DNA from: Candidatus Poribacteria bacterium
GTDB taxonomy: Bacteria > Poribacteria > WGA-4E > UBA9662
Assembly (NCBI GenBank): GCA_036339735.1
Contig: JAYZAL010000047.1
Coordinates: forward strand, 32,001 to 96,000
Direction of reading: 5' to 3'
DNA length: 64,000 bases
Under the pieces are notes generated by a model. That model was not told where the DNA came from. It saw only the letters and a program-made list of their open reading frames with translations, and searched no databases. Below, one piece after another: positions 1-9,495 of this stretch (its first letter is position 1; each line of letters opens with the position of its first letter). The position numbers and the translations under genes are program-made.

Positions 1-1497
1 ATGATTTACGGTCTGCGGACTTGGTGGATTGGCGCCGTTGGTACGACAGCGCTTAAAGTACATATATCAATAACAAGTTTGGTAATTGGCCTTGTCCTAA
101 GTTTAATCATGTCTCAACTAACCATCGGTTGGGTAGTAAAACGTCTATCACATGATATCCAACAGTCTAGTCATTTCTCCTTAAATAGTCGGTGGGTAAT
201 AGGAACGGTTTGCCTCATAATTGCCATTGGAACAATCACTTACGCACTTCTTGATAAGTTTTCACCACTTTTCTTTTATATATCTGGTACCTCTCTAATG
301 GTATCTGGTTTAGCCTATTTTTCTGGTTGGTTACACCATCGGCCAACTACTCGGTTTACTAATTATATAAGCTCGAGCATTAGGAATACAGCACGCCGTC
401 CAGGTAGAAGCCTGTTGTGTGTAGCTTTAGTCGCTTGTGCTAGTTTTGTAATTATTGCAGTAGGAACCAACCGACAACCATCAGTTGAATCATCAGTGCC
501 GATCAAACAAACAGGAACCGGTGGGTTTGGATATATGGCAAAAGCCGATATTCCGATATTAGTAGACCTTGAAAAATTTGATTCGATTATAACCGGGTCA
601 GTTTTTCCTTGTTTGACTTTACCTGGGGATGATGTGAGCTGCCTCAACTTATTCCAACCACAAAAGCCTCACATCATTGGCTTCTCTTCAGAATTAATTC
701 GACGTGGTGGGTTTCAATTTCAACAAACTATAGATCATGATTTGGATAATTCATGGAATTTATTGAACCAAGATTTGGGGCCGACAGTTGTGCCAGTGAT
801 TGGGGATTATGAGTCGGTGAAGTGGATTTTAGGTCTGGGGATCGGTCAAAGAATATCTATGCAAGATGAATCTGGCCAGATCATCGAATTCGAATTTGTA
901 GCTTTATTGAAGGATAGCATCTTTCAGAGTGAACTTATCGTTTCAAATGACCAGCTACGACGGCATTTCCCTCACCAATCTAGCAATCGTACTTTTTTGA
1001 TTGATTCCGTCCAAGGGGAAACTGTACAAAAGTTGGAACAAGAGTTCAGTTCATACGGATTAGATGTGACTCCAACTATTGATCGACTCAAAAGCTTTCA
1101 CACGGTCAAGCATACCTACATGTCAGTATTTCAGGTGATTGGCGGTTTAGGTCTCATGCTCGGCACTGCTGGACTCGCGATTGTTTTAGTGCGAAATACA
1201 ATCGAGCGGAAAAAAGAGTTGGCTATACTACAAGCTTTCGGTTTTAAAAGATCAATCTTGTCGATTATTATGCTAATCGAAAATACATTTCTGATTTTAG
1301 TTGGTTTATTTATTGGAACGATCTCCGCATTGTTGTCTGTTACCCCCCACCTATTATCACTTGGCAACTCAGTTCCGGTTATTTCTCTAGTCGGAACACT
1401 AATAATGATTGTGGTTTTTGGTATGGGAGCCAACTGGCTAGCAATCCAAATAACCACTCGATTACCACTCCTCGCAACATTAAAATCAGAATTTTAA
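1..1497 (+). CDS. ABC transporter permease, FtsX/MacB family (probably 5'-truncated by the window edge)
   Basis: Multiple TM segments; C-terminal 'RNTIERKKELAILQAFGFKRS' matches the FtsX-like permease motif (ERxxE.AxLxAxG). Confidence 0.85.
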   Translation: MIYGLRTWWIGAVGTTALKVHISITSLVIGLVLSLIMSQLTIGWVVKRLSHDIQQSSHFSLNSRWVIGTVCLIIAIGTITYALLDKFSPLFFYISGTSLMVSGLAYFSGWLHHRPTTRFTNYISSSIRNTARRPGRSLLCVALVACASFVIIAVGTNRQPSVESSVPIKQTGTGGFGYMAKADIPILVDLEKFDSIITGSVFPCLTLPGDDVSCLNLFQPQKPHIIGFSSELIRRGGFQFQQTIDHDLDNSWNLLNQDLGPTVVPVIGDYESVKWILGLGIGQRISMQDESGQIIEFEFVALLKDSIFQSELIVSNDQLRRHFPHQSSNRTFLIDSVQGETVQKLEQEFSSYGLDVTPTIDRLKSFHTVKHTYMSVFQVIGGLGLMLGTAGLAIVLVRNTIERKKELAILQAFGFKRSILSIIMLIENTFLILVGLFIGTISALLSVTPHLLSLGNSVPVISLVGTLIMIVVFGMGANWLAIQITTRLPLLATLKSEF

Positions 1498-3008
1498 TCA
1501 TCGTCAATTTTCTCACTTTTCACATGAAACCATTGAATTTGCTTCATGTTGGTTTGTGGCGGTGGAGGAAAATGATCTCCACGCTGGCTTGACAGGCCTT
1601 TATTCGGCCCAGGTAAAAATTTTTGATTAATTAGACCAACCAATTTGCCATTAACAATCCAATCTAAATCTGCACCGTAGAGTTGGCTAACCAAAATCTT
1701 AGTCAAGTGTTCCAGCTGATGACGATGAGTTGGATCGTTTGACAAGTTGAAAACTTCATTGGGATCTTTATTCAAATCAAACAGCTGTCGTTGGTTGCCT
1801 ACTGGGTAGTAAATGAGTTTATAGCGACCATCATGTACCATACGAGTGGCAAATGCATCTTCACCAACCTCTCCATAAAATGAGTCCCGTTTTTCTTTTC
1901 CAACCATTGAAAGACCTTCCACGGTTGTGGGAATACTGATACCAGCTAAATCAAGAAGTGTTGGCATTATATCGGTCCAACCAACTAATCGATGGTCGAT
2001 TTGGTGAATACCAACTCGATCATCGTCGCCTGTTCCCACTAGGATCATAGGGATATTAGCTGAATATTCGTAAAACAGACGTTTAGCCCACATACCATGA
2101 TTGCCTAGCATGTCCCCATGGTCTGAGGTGAAACAAATGATCGTGTTATCCAGTAGACTTTCCTCTCGAAGAGTACCTATCAAAACACGTAGTTGGTGAT
2201 CAATGTGTGTACAGAGTGCGTAAAAGGCTTGGCGTACCAATTGGATTTGTTCTTCTGCAGATTCTTGCTGGTAAAAATCAAAACCTCGACTGAGATTAGC
2301 CTGAATAGCAAAACAGTTCTCCTCGGTTGTCCATTGGCCAGATTGTGGCTTGTCAATCAGAAATTGTCGGTACAAGTCAAGATAAATTGGTAAAGGTACC
2401 AATGGTGGGTGCGGATGCCGGTAAGAAATGAACCAGAAACCAGGCCGGCTTGGATCACGACGTTTGATGGTTCTCGACATTTGTTGTGTAGCCCAATTAG
2501 TTGCATGGGTGTGTTCTGGCAAGTGCCAAGGTCGCCAACTATATTCGTTATTGCTCATACCGTGCCAAAATTGTTGTCCCGCATAACCTTGATCAGCTAA
2601 AAAAATTTCGTAATCATCGATCACTCCGTATTGTGTTCGTCCTTCTTCATCTAAAATTACATCGTCGAACCCTATACGGTTTCGCTGCGGATACACATGC
2701 AGTTTTCCAACAGCAGTAGCTTGATAGCCAGCCGAACGAAATGTTTCTGCCATAGTTGGGAGTTGAGGCATTGTTAAAGTCTCATCAAAAACTCGATCAC
2801 CATGCGTTCGAGGGGTTGTGCCAGTCATTAAAGTTCGACGAGCGGGAATGCATACGGGGCATTCAGAATAAGCATTAGAAAATCGAGTGCCACTTCGAGC
2901 AAGAGAATCCAGAGTTGGTGTTTGAATCACGGGGTGTCCCGCTACTCCCAGCAGTGCAGCCGGCCAGTGATCAGTACTAATTAGCAAGATGTTAGGTTTA
3001 TTTCTCAT
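1494..3008 (-). CDS. Sulfatase (choline-sulfatase/arylsulfatase-like, Cys type)
   Basis: KPNILLISTDH start, CIPARRTLMTG (CxPxR), GKLH, TSDHGDMLG; ATG at 3008 overlaps the upstream TGA (ATGA). Confidence 0.92.
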   Translation of the reverse strand: MRNKPNILLISTDHWPAALLGVAGHPVIQTPTLDSLARSGTRFSNAYSECPVCIPARRTLMTGTTPRTHGDRVFDETLTMPQLPTMAETFRSAGYQATAVGKLHVYPQRNRIGFDDVILDEEGRTQYGVIDDYEIFLADQGYAGQQFWHGMSNNEYSWRPWHLPEHTHATNWATQQMSRTIKRRDPSRPGFWFISYRHPHPPLVPLPIYLDLYRQFLIDKPQSGQWTTEENCFAIQANLSRGFDFYQQESAEEQIQLVRQAFYALCTHIDHQLRVLIGTLREESLLDNTIICFTSDHGDMLGNHGMWAKRLFYEYSANIPMILVGTGDDDRVGIHQIDHRLVGWTDIMPTLLDLAGISIPTTVEGLSMVGKEKRDSFYGEVGEDAFATRMVHDGRYKLIYYPVGNQRQLFDLNKDPNEVFNLSNDPTHRHQLEHLTKILVSQLYGADLDWIVNGKLVGLINQKFLPGPNKGLSSQRGDHFPPPPQTNMKQIQWFHVKSEKIDDD

Positions 3009-4045
3009 AGTTGACTTGAATTCATTACTGATGTGTCCCGTCTGTAACAGGCGGCCACTTGGAAAGCACAATCGACATCCTGATTAGGTTCAAATAGACC
3101 CTGAAATTGTTGCCAAGCATCTAATCGGCCATCAAGGTCAAAGCGAGAATCAGATAAGATTCTACTTCCATAATCAACTACTTCTTGCAACGCCCATTCT
3201 ATTGTGTAATAGTCCATCAAAACTGGATCGGTTTCGACGGGGCCGGATGAAGCAAAATATCCACGCAAATTGTCCTTATTAAGACCTAGGTAACTTTCAG
3301 ATCCGAAGAAATATAAATCCCGCTCTCTTGGTGCAAGAATAGCCCCGTCCCAATCGATAATATATAAATTACCCTTTTCGGAAAGTAAGACATTATCTTC
3401 ATGAATGTCGCCGTGACATAGGACGTAATCAAATTCTCTGGATCGCAAGTTAGCCCCCAATTGCGCAGCAACTTGTACTAGGCTTGTTAATTCACAACGC
3501 CTTACGTTAATAAAAGAGAGCAAATCTTTGACAATTTGGTCGGCTTGATAGATTGGGTTCCTAGGAGAAATAATTAACCGAAACTCTGACTGAAATTTTG
3601 TGAAATTTTCAATCGGTAATTCAATTTGATTGCTAATCTCACGAGTCAAGCTATGCAGGTGACCAACCATTTTACCAACTGCCTGTCTCAGCGAAGAAAC
3701 CTGTTGATTGGTTCGGTCAGACTTCATCAATGTTAATCCAGAAATGTATGGATAGACAACTAAACCAAAATTAGCTACCTTGACCACTGTTTGACCAGAT
3801 TTATCGGGCAAAGGAATCGGAATTGGTACACCTAGGCTGGCTAGTAATTTTATTAGGCTGTTGGTTAGCGAGATCTGATCTTTATCTTTCACCAAGCGAA
3901 CAAAAATATCGTTCTGTGCTTGTCCCCAGTAGCACCAAGAGCCTTCACCAACCGGAACAAAATTCAGCTGTTCTAAGCTAATACTGTAAAACTGATTAAT
4001 CTTATTTTTGATTTCCTCAGATGATACAGAGGGTTCAGTTTTCAT
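3005..4045 (-). CDS. Aminoglycoside phosphotransferase family kinase (APH(9)-like)
   Basis: Brenner motif LCHGDIHEDNVLL, IIDWD, LAPRERDL. Confidence 0.85.
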   Translation of the reverse strand: MKTEPSVSSEEIKNKINQFYSISLEQLNFVPVGEGSWCYWGQAQNDIFVRLVKDKDQISLTNSLIKLLASLGVPIPIPLPDKSGQTVVKVANFGLVVYPYISGLTLMKSDRTNQQVSSLRQAVGKMVGHLHSLTREISNQIELPIENFTKFQSEFRLIISPRNPIYQADQIVKDLLSFINVRRCELTSLVQVAAQLGANLRSREFDYVLCHGDIHEDNVLLSEKGNLYIIDWDGAILAPRERDLYFFGSESYLGLNKDNLRGYFASSGPVETDPVLMDYYTIEWALQEVVDYGSRILSDSRFDLDGRLDAWQQFQGLFEPNQDVDCAFQVAACYRRDTSVMNSSQL

Positions 4046-4051
4046 ACTAGT

Positions 4052-4816
4052 TCAAAGATTATAAGGGTTGTTTCCGCTTAGTAATAGATTGTGTTTAAGG
4101 ATTTCACCTTCTCTGTTTTTGGTGCCCACTGGCATATAATGAATAACTATCGCTCTACGATCCCTATCAGATCCATTAGGATTAGTTTGATGTAAGGTTA
4201 AACAGTGGTGCACCATTCCAAAACCAGATTTTAGAGGAACCGAAATTCCATAATCTTCATTAACATCAACTGATAGTAATGCTGGCAAATCCTGACCGCT
4301 ATGTTTTGCACGACTGTGGTCAGATGGTTCTACTAAGTGAGAACCAGGTATAACGTTCATGCATCCATTTTCAGTATCAGCATCATCAAGGGCAAGCCAA
4401 ATACTAACCAAATTTGCAGGCTCGCACTGCCAGTAACCATTATCTTGATGCCAAGGTACTGGACCACCAATTTGTGCTGGCTTGTAAAGAGCTTGATCAT
4501 GAAACAGCTGAATATTAGGCCCAATTAGACAAGCGACAATGCTGAGTAATGGAGGATGAAACAAGAGTTGATGAAATATCTCACTCTTTTCCCACATTTC
4601 CATGATTTGTAGCATTTCTTGTTGCTTGTAATTTTCTTTTTCATCTGTAGCTGAAAGATTTCGCCACCCTTTTCCATTAGTTTGAGACCGTTTTTCAAAC
4701 ACTTTGTCGTATGCAGAGCGGAGTTCTTGGAGATGATCTTTATCAACCAATTGATGCGGGATTGCCAAGTAACCCTCCTTTTGAAATATTTGAATTTGTT
4801 GATCATTTAACTGCAA
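4052..4816 (-). CDS. Phytanoyl-CoA dioxygenase (PhyH) family 2OG-Fe(II) oxygenase
   Basis: PWHQDNGYW (HxD), WLALDDADTENGCM.VIPGSH, distal His in TLHQT, conserved Arg in DRDRRA; TTG start. Confidence 0.9.
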   Translation of the reverse strand: MQLNDQQIQIFQKEGYLAIPHQLVDKDHLQELRSAYDKVFEKRSQTNGKGWRNLSATDEKENYKQQEMLQIMEMWEKSEIFHQLLFHPPLLSIVACLIGPNIQLFHDQALYKPAQIGGPVPWHQDNGYWQCEPANLVSIWLALDDADTENGCMNVIPGSHLVEPSDHSRAKHSGQDLPALLSVDVNEDYGISVPLKSGFGMVHHCLTLHQTNPNGSDRDRRAIVIHYMPVGTKNREGEILKHNLLLSGNNPYNL

Positions 4817-4820
4817 AGTA

Positions 4821-5261
4821 TTACCCTCCGAGAATTGAAATTAGTTCCTGATCAATATCCGCAACGACCTCAAAAGACTCAACCAAAATCCTTGGTGGGC
4901 GAGCCGGGCGTTGCCGTTCAAAATCAAAATAGACAAACTCAGTTTCTGCTCGAAAAATTGGTGTGGCTTGGTGGCAGATTTGATACCGTCTCATACTTCT
5001 GGTTTTTTGAAACCCCGCAACCCAAGTCTGAATAGTTAGTGATTGGTCAACAAGTGCAGGTTTCAAATAATCTAAGCAATGCCGGCGAGCAAACCAACCC
5101 GCCTGATTCTGTTGGTAACGTTCAGGCGACCAGCCATTAGCAGTCGAATGTGCGACTGCTACTTCTTGCATCCAATGGATATAAACAGTATTGTTAGCAT
5201 GTCCATTGAAGTCTATGCAAGATGGAGGAACGCTGATAATTTGTTGATAAATTCGAATCAA
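4821..5261 (-). CDS. Acyl-CoA thioesterase, 4HBT/hotdog fold
   Basis: IDFNGHANNTVYIHW motif (D.xGHxNN.xY). Confidence 0.85.
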   Translation of the reverse strand: MIRIYQQIISVPPSCIDFNGHANNTVYIHWMQEVAVAHSTANGWSPERYQQNQAGWFARRHCLDYLKPALVDQSLTIQTWVAGFQKTRSMRRYQICHQATPIFRAETEFVYFDFERQRPARPPRILVESFEVVADIDQELISILGG

Positions 5262-5279
5262 CCTAATATCCTTTTCGTC

Positions 5280-5308
5280 ATTATAGTCAATTTATAATTC
5301 AATGTAAA
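5280..5308 (-). promoter_or_regulatory. sigma70-type promoter for the thioesterase-PhyH-kinase-sulfatase operon
   Basis: Minus strand TTTACA-N17-TATAAT just upstream of the start at 5261. Confidence 0.55.
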
Positions 5309-5391
5309 CGCAAGACAAGTCGCCAAGCCAATTCTGTGCTACAATTCAATTGGTGATGGTCCAAACTAGGTAGGTGCAGGTAGGGCATAAT

Positions 5392-6030
5392 GTGAGAAAA
5401 ATCGAAAAAGTTGAGCGAATACAGAAAATTTTAGACGATTTATATCCTGAAACACCAAGCCCATTATCTCATGATAGCTTGTATACTTTGCTGGTCGCAG
5501 TAATGCTCTCAGCTCAAACCACAGATAAGAAAGTCAACGAAACTACGCCAACATTGTTTAGTTTAGCGACTACGCCTCAGCAAATGGCGGAGTTATCAGA
5601 AACAACTATTAAGCAGGTTATTTCCAAAATTGGGTTATCCAACACAAAAGCTAAAAATCTAAAACGACTCAGCCAAATACTGGTAGATCGACATCAAGGA
5701 AAAGTTCCAGACAACTACACTGATTTGGAGGCACTTCCGGGAGTAGGACATAAAACGGCGAGCGTTGTCATGGGTCAAGGATTTGGTTATCCTGCGTTTC
5801 CAGTCGACACGCACATTCATCGATTGGCTTATCGCTGGGGATTATCAAATGGTAAGAATGTGGAACAAACAGAGAAAGATCTTAAACGTCTTTTCCCAAA
5901 AATAAAGTGGAATAAGCTACATCTACAAATAATTTTTTTTGGTCGCGAATATTGTCCTGCCCGACAACATCAGCCAGCTCAATGCCCAATTTGTTCTTGG
6001 GCCGGAATCAAAAAAAGACTGAATTCGTAG
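5392..6030 (+). CDS. nth: Endonuclease III (HhH-GPD DNA glycosylase/AP lyase)
   Basis: LSAQTTDKKVN, LPGVGHKTA (HhH catalytic Lys), FPVDTHIHR, C-terminal Cys cluster; alternative start at 5374. Confidence 0.93.
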   Translation: MRKIEKVERIQKILDDLYPETPSPLSHDSLYTLLVAVMLSAQTTDKKVNETTPTLFSLATTPQQMAELSETTIKQVISKIGLSNTKAKNLKRLSQILVDRHQGKVPDNYTDLEALPGVGHKTASVVMGQGFGYPAFPVDTHIHRLAYRWGLSNGKNVEQTEKDLKRLFPKIKWNKLHLQIIFFGREYCPARQHQPAQCPICSWAGIKKRLNS

Positions 6031-6053
6031 TTAATAAAGAGCGTCTCCGATGC

Positions 6054-6082
6054 TTGACGCAATTGGGTTTCTTTGCTATACT
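6054..6082 (+). promoter_or_regulatory. sigma70 promoter with extended -10
   Basis: TTGACG-N17-TATACT with TG before the -10. Confidence 0.65.
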
Positions 6083-6155
6083 GAACTCGTCGATTTTTCA
6101 TATTAATAACTCTGTGGTTGTTGTCTACTGAGTAAAGCAAGGCCCCTATTTTAAA

Positions 6156-7043
6156 ATGAAATTTGAAGGTATTTACACTCCTATTATCACACCAATCGGT
6201 GATCAAGGATTGGTTGACACTGATGCTCTGAGCCGCCAGATTAACAGGCTACTGGCGCATGGGATACAAGGTTTGTATCTACTTGGCACATCTGGTGAAT
6301 TCGCATCCTTGGATAAAAATAACCGGCAGGTCGTGATTGAGACAGCCGTAGAAACAGTCAGACAAAGAGTTCCAATTATTTGCGGAGCCATGGATGCTAG
6401 TACAAGAAGGGTCATTTCTAACATTAAAATGGCTGAACGTCTTGGAGTAACTGCGGTTACTACTACTCCACCTTATTATTACCCCTCATCTGACCAGGAA
6501 CTTTTGACTTTTTATAGAGAAGTAGCTGTAAGCAGTAATTTACCAGTCGTGATGTACAATATTCCGTCTATGGTTAAAACCAATCTGAAACCGGAGTTGG
6601 TGGCCGAGATTGTTAATCAAAATCCAAACATTGTTGGCATCAAAGATAGCACCGCCGATTGGACTACTTTTCTCAAACTTCATTCATATCTAGGAAACCG
6701 GGACAACTTCTCAATCTTGATAGGATCCTACACTATGGCAGGTGCAGCCATAGTTTTTGGAGCTCAAGGTGCCGTGATTTCTATTTCTAATATAGATCCA
6801 AAAACCTCAGTTGAGTTGTATCGTGCCGCGCGGGATCGACACTTAAATAAGCTGCAAGATCTGCAGGGCAAATTGATAGATCTTGGCCGATTGTATAGTT
6901 ATGGAAACGGGATTAGCTGCCTTAAAGCATGTGCAGAAATTTTGGGCATCTGCTCGTCGCACACAACCTCTCCGATAGCTTCCGTCAGCGAAGAGGCAAA
7001 GGATGAACTGGCGGAACTATTGCGTTCGCATCAACTTTTATAG
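6156..7043 (+). CDS. Dihydrodipicolinate synthase / N-acetylneuraminate lyase family aldolase
   Basis: GTSGEF, PPYYY, YNIP, GIKDS (Schiff-base Lys). Confidence 0.88.
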   Translation: MKFEGIYTPIITPIGDQGLVDTDALSRQINRLLAHGIQGLYLLGTSGEFASLDKNNRQVVIETAVETVRQRVPIICGAMDASTRRVISNIKMAERLGVTAVTTTPPYYYPSSDQELLTFYREVAVSSNLPVVMYNIPSMVKTNLKPELVAEIVNQNPNIVGIKDSTADWTTFLKLHSYLGNRDNFSILIGSYTMAGAAIVFGAQGAVISISNIDPKTSVELYRAARDRHLNKLQDLQGKLIDLGRLYSYGNGISCLKACAEILGICSSHTTSPIASVSEEAKDELAELLRSHQLL

Positions 7044-7086
7044 ATGAATTGGATTGCTATAACCGGTCCACAATACACAAGCAAAA

Positions 7087-8001
7087 ATGAATAATATGAT
7101 ATCTAGTGGGTCCCAAATTTGGGTGCCAGAAGTTCTATCTGATGAGCAAGTGACTTTTTTTGTCGAGAATGGATATTTGGCTGTGTCGAATCTTGTTTCT
7201 AATGATGGAATTGAAGAATTGAGAGCTGATACCGTTAAACTAGCCAGAGGTGGCTATCCCTGTGAGACACTCGAACCTGTCGACTCTACATTATCAGACC
7301 AGGATGTATTGGCCTCAATTTTATGTATTCACCAACCGCATTTCATCAGCGAATTAATCGAGAAATACGTTAAACACCCACAAATATCTGGTGCTTTGAG
7401 TCAGATTACCGCAGCACATATTCCATTTTGGGATGGTAGCGTTAAGTGTATGCAATCGATGCTATTCGTCAAACCGCCTAATTTTCAGGGTCAAGCTTGG
7501 CACCAAGACGAAATCTATATTCCAACACGAGATAGATCTTTGATTGGCGCTTGGATTGCCATGGACGATGCAGATGTTGAAAACGGTTGCCTATGGGTTA
7601 TCCCCGGTTCACATCGACAAGGTTACTTATACCCACAGCGTTCTCATCAGGATCAAGATGAATTCGATTTTGCGAATGAAAGTTATGGCTTCGATGAGAC
7701 TGAAGAAATACCGGTCGAAGTTACAACCGGTACTGTGGTCTTTTTCAATGGTTATTTGTTACACCGTTCTCGTAAAAATAGGAGTCAAACTTATCGCCGA
7801 GTATTAGTGAATCACTATTGTAATTCTTGGTCTTTATTGCCTTGGAGTGTAGCTGAAGGTGAGAGTGTGGCTAACGCAGATCGGCGATCTGTAGTACCTG
7901 TGTCCGGTACAGATCCTTACGCTTGGAAGGGATACGAGCCTACACCAAATAATGTCTGGCTACGACAATGTAAAGCTCTTACTGAAATCGAAGCCAGTTG
8001 A
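7087..8001 (+). CDS. PhyH family dioxygenase
   Basis: AWHQDE, WIAMDDADVENGCLWVIPGSH, LLHRS, RRVL. Confidence 0.9.
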   Translation: MNNMISSGSQIWVPEVLSDEQVTFFVENGYLAVSNLVSNDGIEELRADTVKLARGGYPCETLEPVDSTLSDQDVLASILCIHQPHFISELIEKYVKHPQISGALSQITAAHIPFWDGSVKCMQSMLFVKPPNFQGQAWHQDEIYIPTRDRSLIGAWIAMDDADVENGCLWVIPGSHRQGYLYPQRSHQDQDEFDFANESYGFDETEEIPVEVTTGTVVFFNGYLLHRSRKNRSQTYRRVLVNHYCNSWSLLPWSVAEGESVANADRRSVVPVSGTDPYAWKGYEPTPNNVWLRQCKALTEIEAS

Positions 8002-8023
8002 GTTTCTGCGCAATTGGCCAAGT

Positions 8024-8052
8024 TTGAAAACCCGATAGCCTTGTGCTATACT
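8024..8052 (+). promoter_or_regulatory. sigma70 promoter with extended -10
   Basis: TTGAAA-N17-TATACT with TG; AAGGAG RBS before ATG 8101. Confidence 0.6.
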
Positions 8053-8100
8053 GAAAAAATCATAATAGTCAGCAAGTTGCTGAACTTTTAAGGAGTAAAG

Positions 8101-8904
8101 ATGAAGCGATTATCAAAATTGGTGCAAATCAGTTTAGGCTTTATGTTGATGCTGGCGCTGATTGGTTGCCAGGAGGCACTCAAAAGTAGTCTCAAATCTA
8201 TCACAGAAGGCAACTCACTAAAAAATATGCCAGCCATTTTCCCAGATGAAGAGAACTTACCTGAGGGGCATAGTATTCTTGATATGGAAGTAGCACGTGA
8301 ACAGTTTGATCCAGATGCTGCTCCACGTAATAATGGTGTGATTGTAACGAAAGATGGAATCGAATTTTCAATTGTTTATTGGCGTAGTGCTGACCTTGAC
8401 TTCAAATATAATCGAGGTAATAACGCATCCGTATTTTACGAACGTGAGGCTGCACACCAGGGTGATAAATGTGATGTTTTTTACGTTAAATTGGTCAATA
8501 ATCGTGAGCAAAAAGTGATCTTCGATGTCAAAAAGTGTCGAATTGTTGACCAAGGCGAGAATATGTATGGTGGACATAACTACGAAGATTTAAAAGAACG
8601 TTTGATGATGATGAGCCGAATTGGCGGTATTATGGTAAAAAATGGACTACAGGTGGCCAAAGAGATTTTGCTAGAAAAACAAGTTGCAAAAGTCGAGGAT
8701 GGCATACCTCCTGGAGGATCAGTAGAAGGGTTTCTTGCTTTCCAGCAAGTGAAGCTCAATGCTACCGATCTATCAGTACAAATTCCTGTTGAAAAAGCCC
8801 CGCCAGAAGGGACTGCTGCTCGTTACCAAACTGTTCCGTTCGAATTCAAATTCAAACACGACAGGGGTATCAGGCTAGCGCAACCTCCGCCAAAAAGATA
8901 TTAA
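8101..8904 (+). CDS. Hypothetical lipoprotein
   Basis: Strong RBS; basic N-terminus, hydrophobic stretch and lipobox LIGC; no family recognised. Confidence 0.75.
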   Translation: MKRLSKLVQISLGFMLMLALIGCQEALKSSLKSITEGNSLKNMPAIFPDEENLPEGHSILDMEVAREQFDPDAAPRNNGVIVTKDGIEFSIVYWRSADLDFKYNRGNNASVFYEREAAHQGDKCDVFYVKLVNNREQKVIFDVKKCRIVDQGENMYGGHNYEDLKERLMMMSRIGGIMVKNGLQVAKEILLEKQVAKVEDGIPPGGSVEGFLAFQQVKLNATDLSVQIPVEKAPPEGTAARYQTVPFEFKFKHDRGIRLAQPPPKRY

Positions 8905-8964
8905 CTTTTTTAGAGTTAACCTCTGATCTTATACACAGCGGATGGACTGGAAACTGTTCATTCG

Positions 8965-9429
8965 CTATTTTTTTGTCCGTTGGTAGATTGCCATGCTACC
9001 GTCGTCGTAGTAGAGTGTCAGTTGATCGTCAATTAGATCGAAGGTAATCTGTCCATCGAACGTCTTTGTTTTTACTGGAATCTGACTTGTGGGTAAAAGG
9101 GTTTTGACTGATTCAGTCACACTGTTAATCTGATCCTCTTGAATCCGCAGTTTCCCGTTTGCCTCCACTGACAGGTATCCTCCAGTAATCAATGGAAGAC
9201 TCGTTTTCGATTTCCAAGTGCCAATTTCACTAATTGTTAAGCTAGCACTGATAAGACCATCAGTTGGACGAAGGTGGGTTAATTCCCAGTAACCTACCAA
9301 ATTATCGGGTACTAGTACTTGTTCTGTGGACAAGGTGGGTGGACTTATATCATCAGGGCCACAACTAGCAAAGAGAAAACAATATAATAATAAAACAAAG
9401 AGTGCTGTGTTATTCCTTGGGCTTGACAT
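8965..9429 (-). CDS. Hypothetical lipoprotein, lipocalin-like beta-barrel
   Basis: Lipobox FASC, 'LVGYWEL' (GxW) and terminal 'DQLTL...IYQR' typical of lipocalin-like domains; ATG 9429 preferred over 9522. Confidence 0.6.
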   Translation of the reverse strand: MSSPRNNTALFVLLLYCFLFASCGPDDISPPTLSTEQVLVPDNLVGYWELTHLRPTDGLISASLTISEIGTWKSKTSLPLITGGYLSVEANGKLRIQEDQINSVTESVKTLLPTSQIPVKTKTFDGQITFDLIDDQLTLYYDDGSMAIYQRTKK

Positions 9430-9495
9430 GGGTTTCGATCTTTCGTATTCTATCAAACATTCACAAATAGATTTTTGAATGGAAGGCAAATTAAT

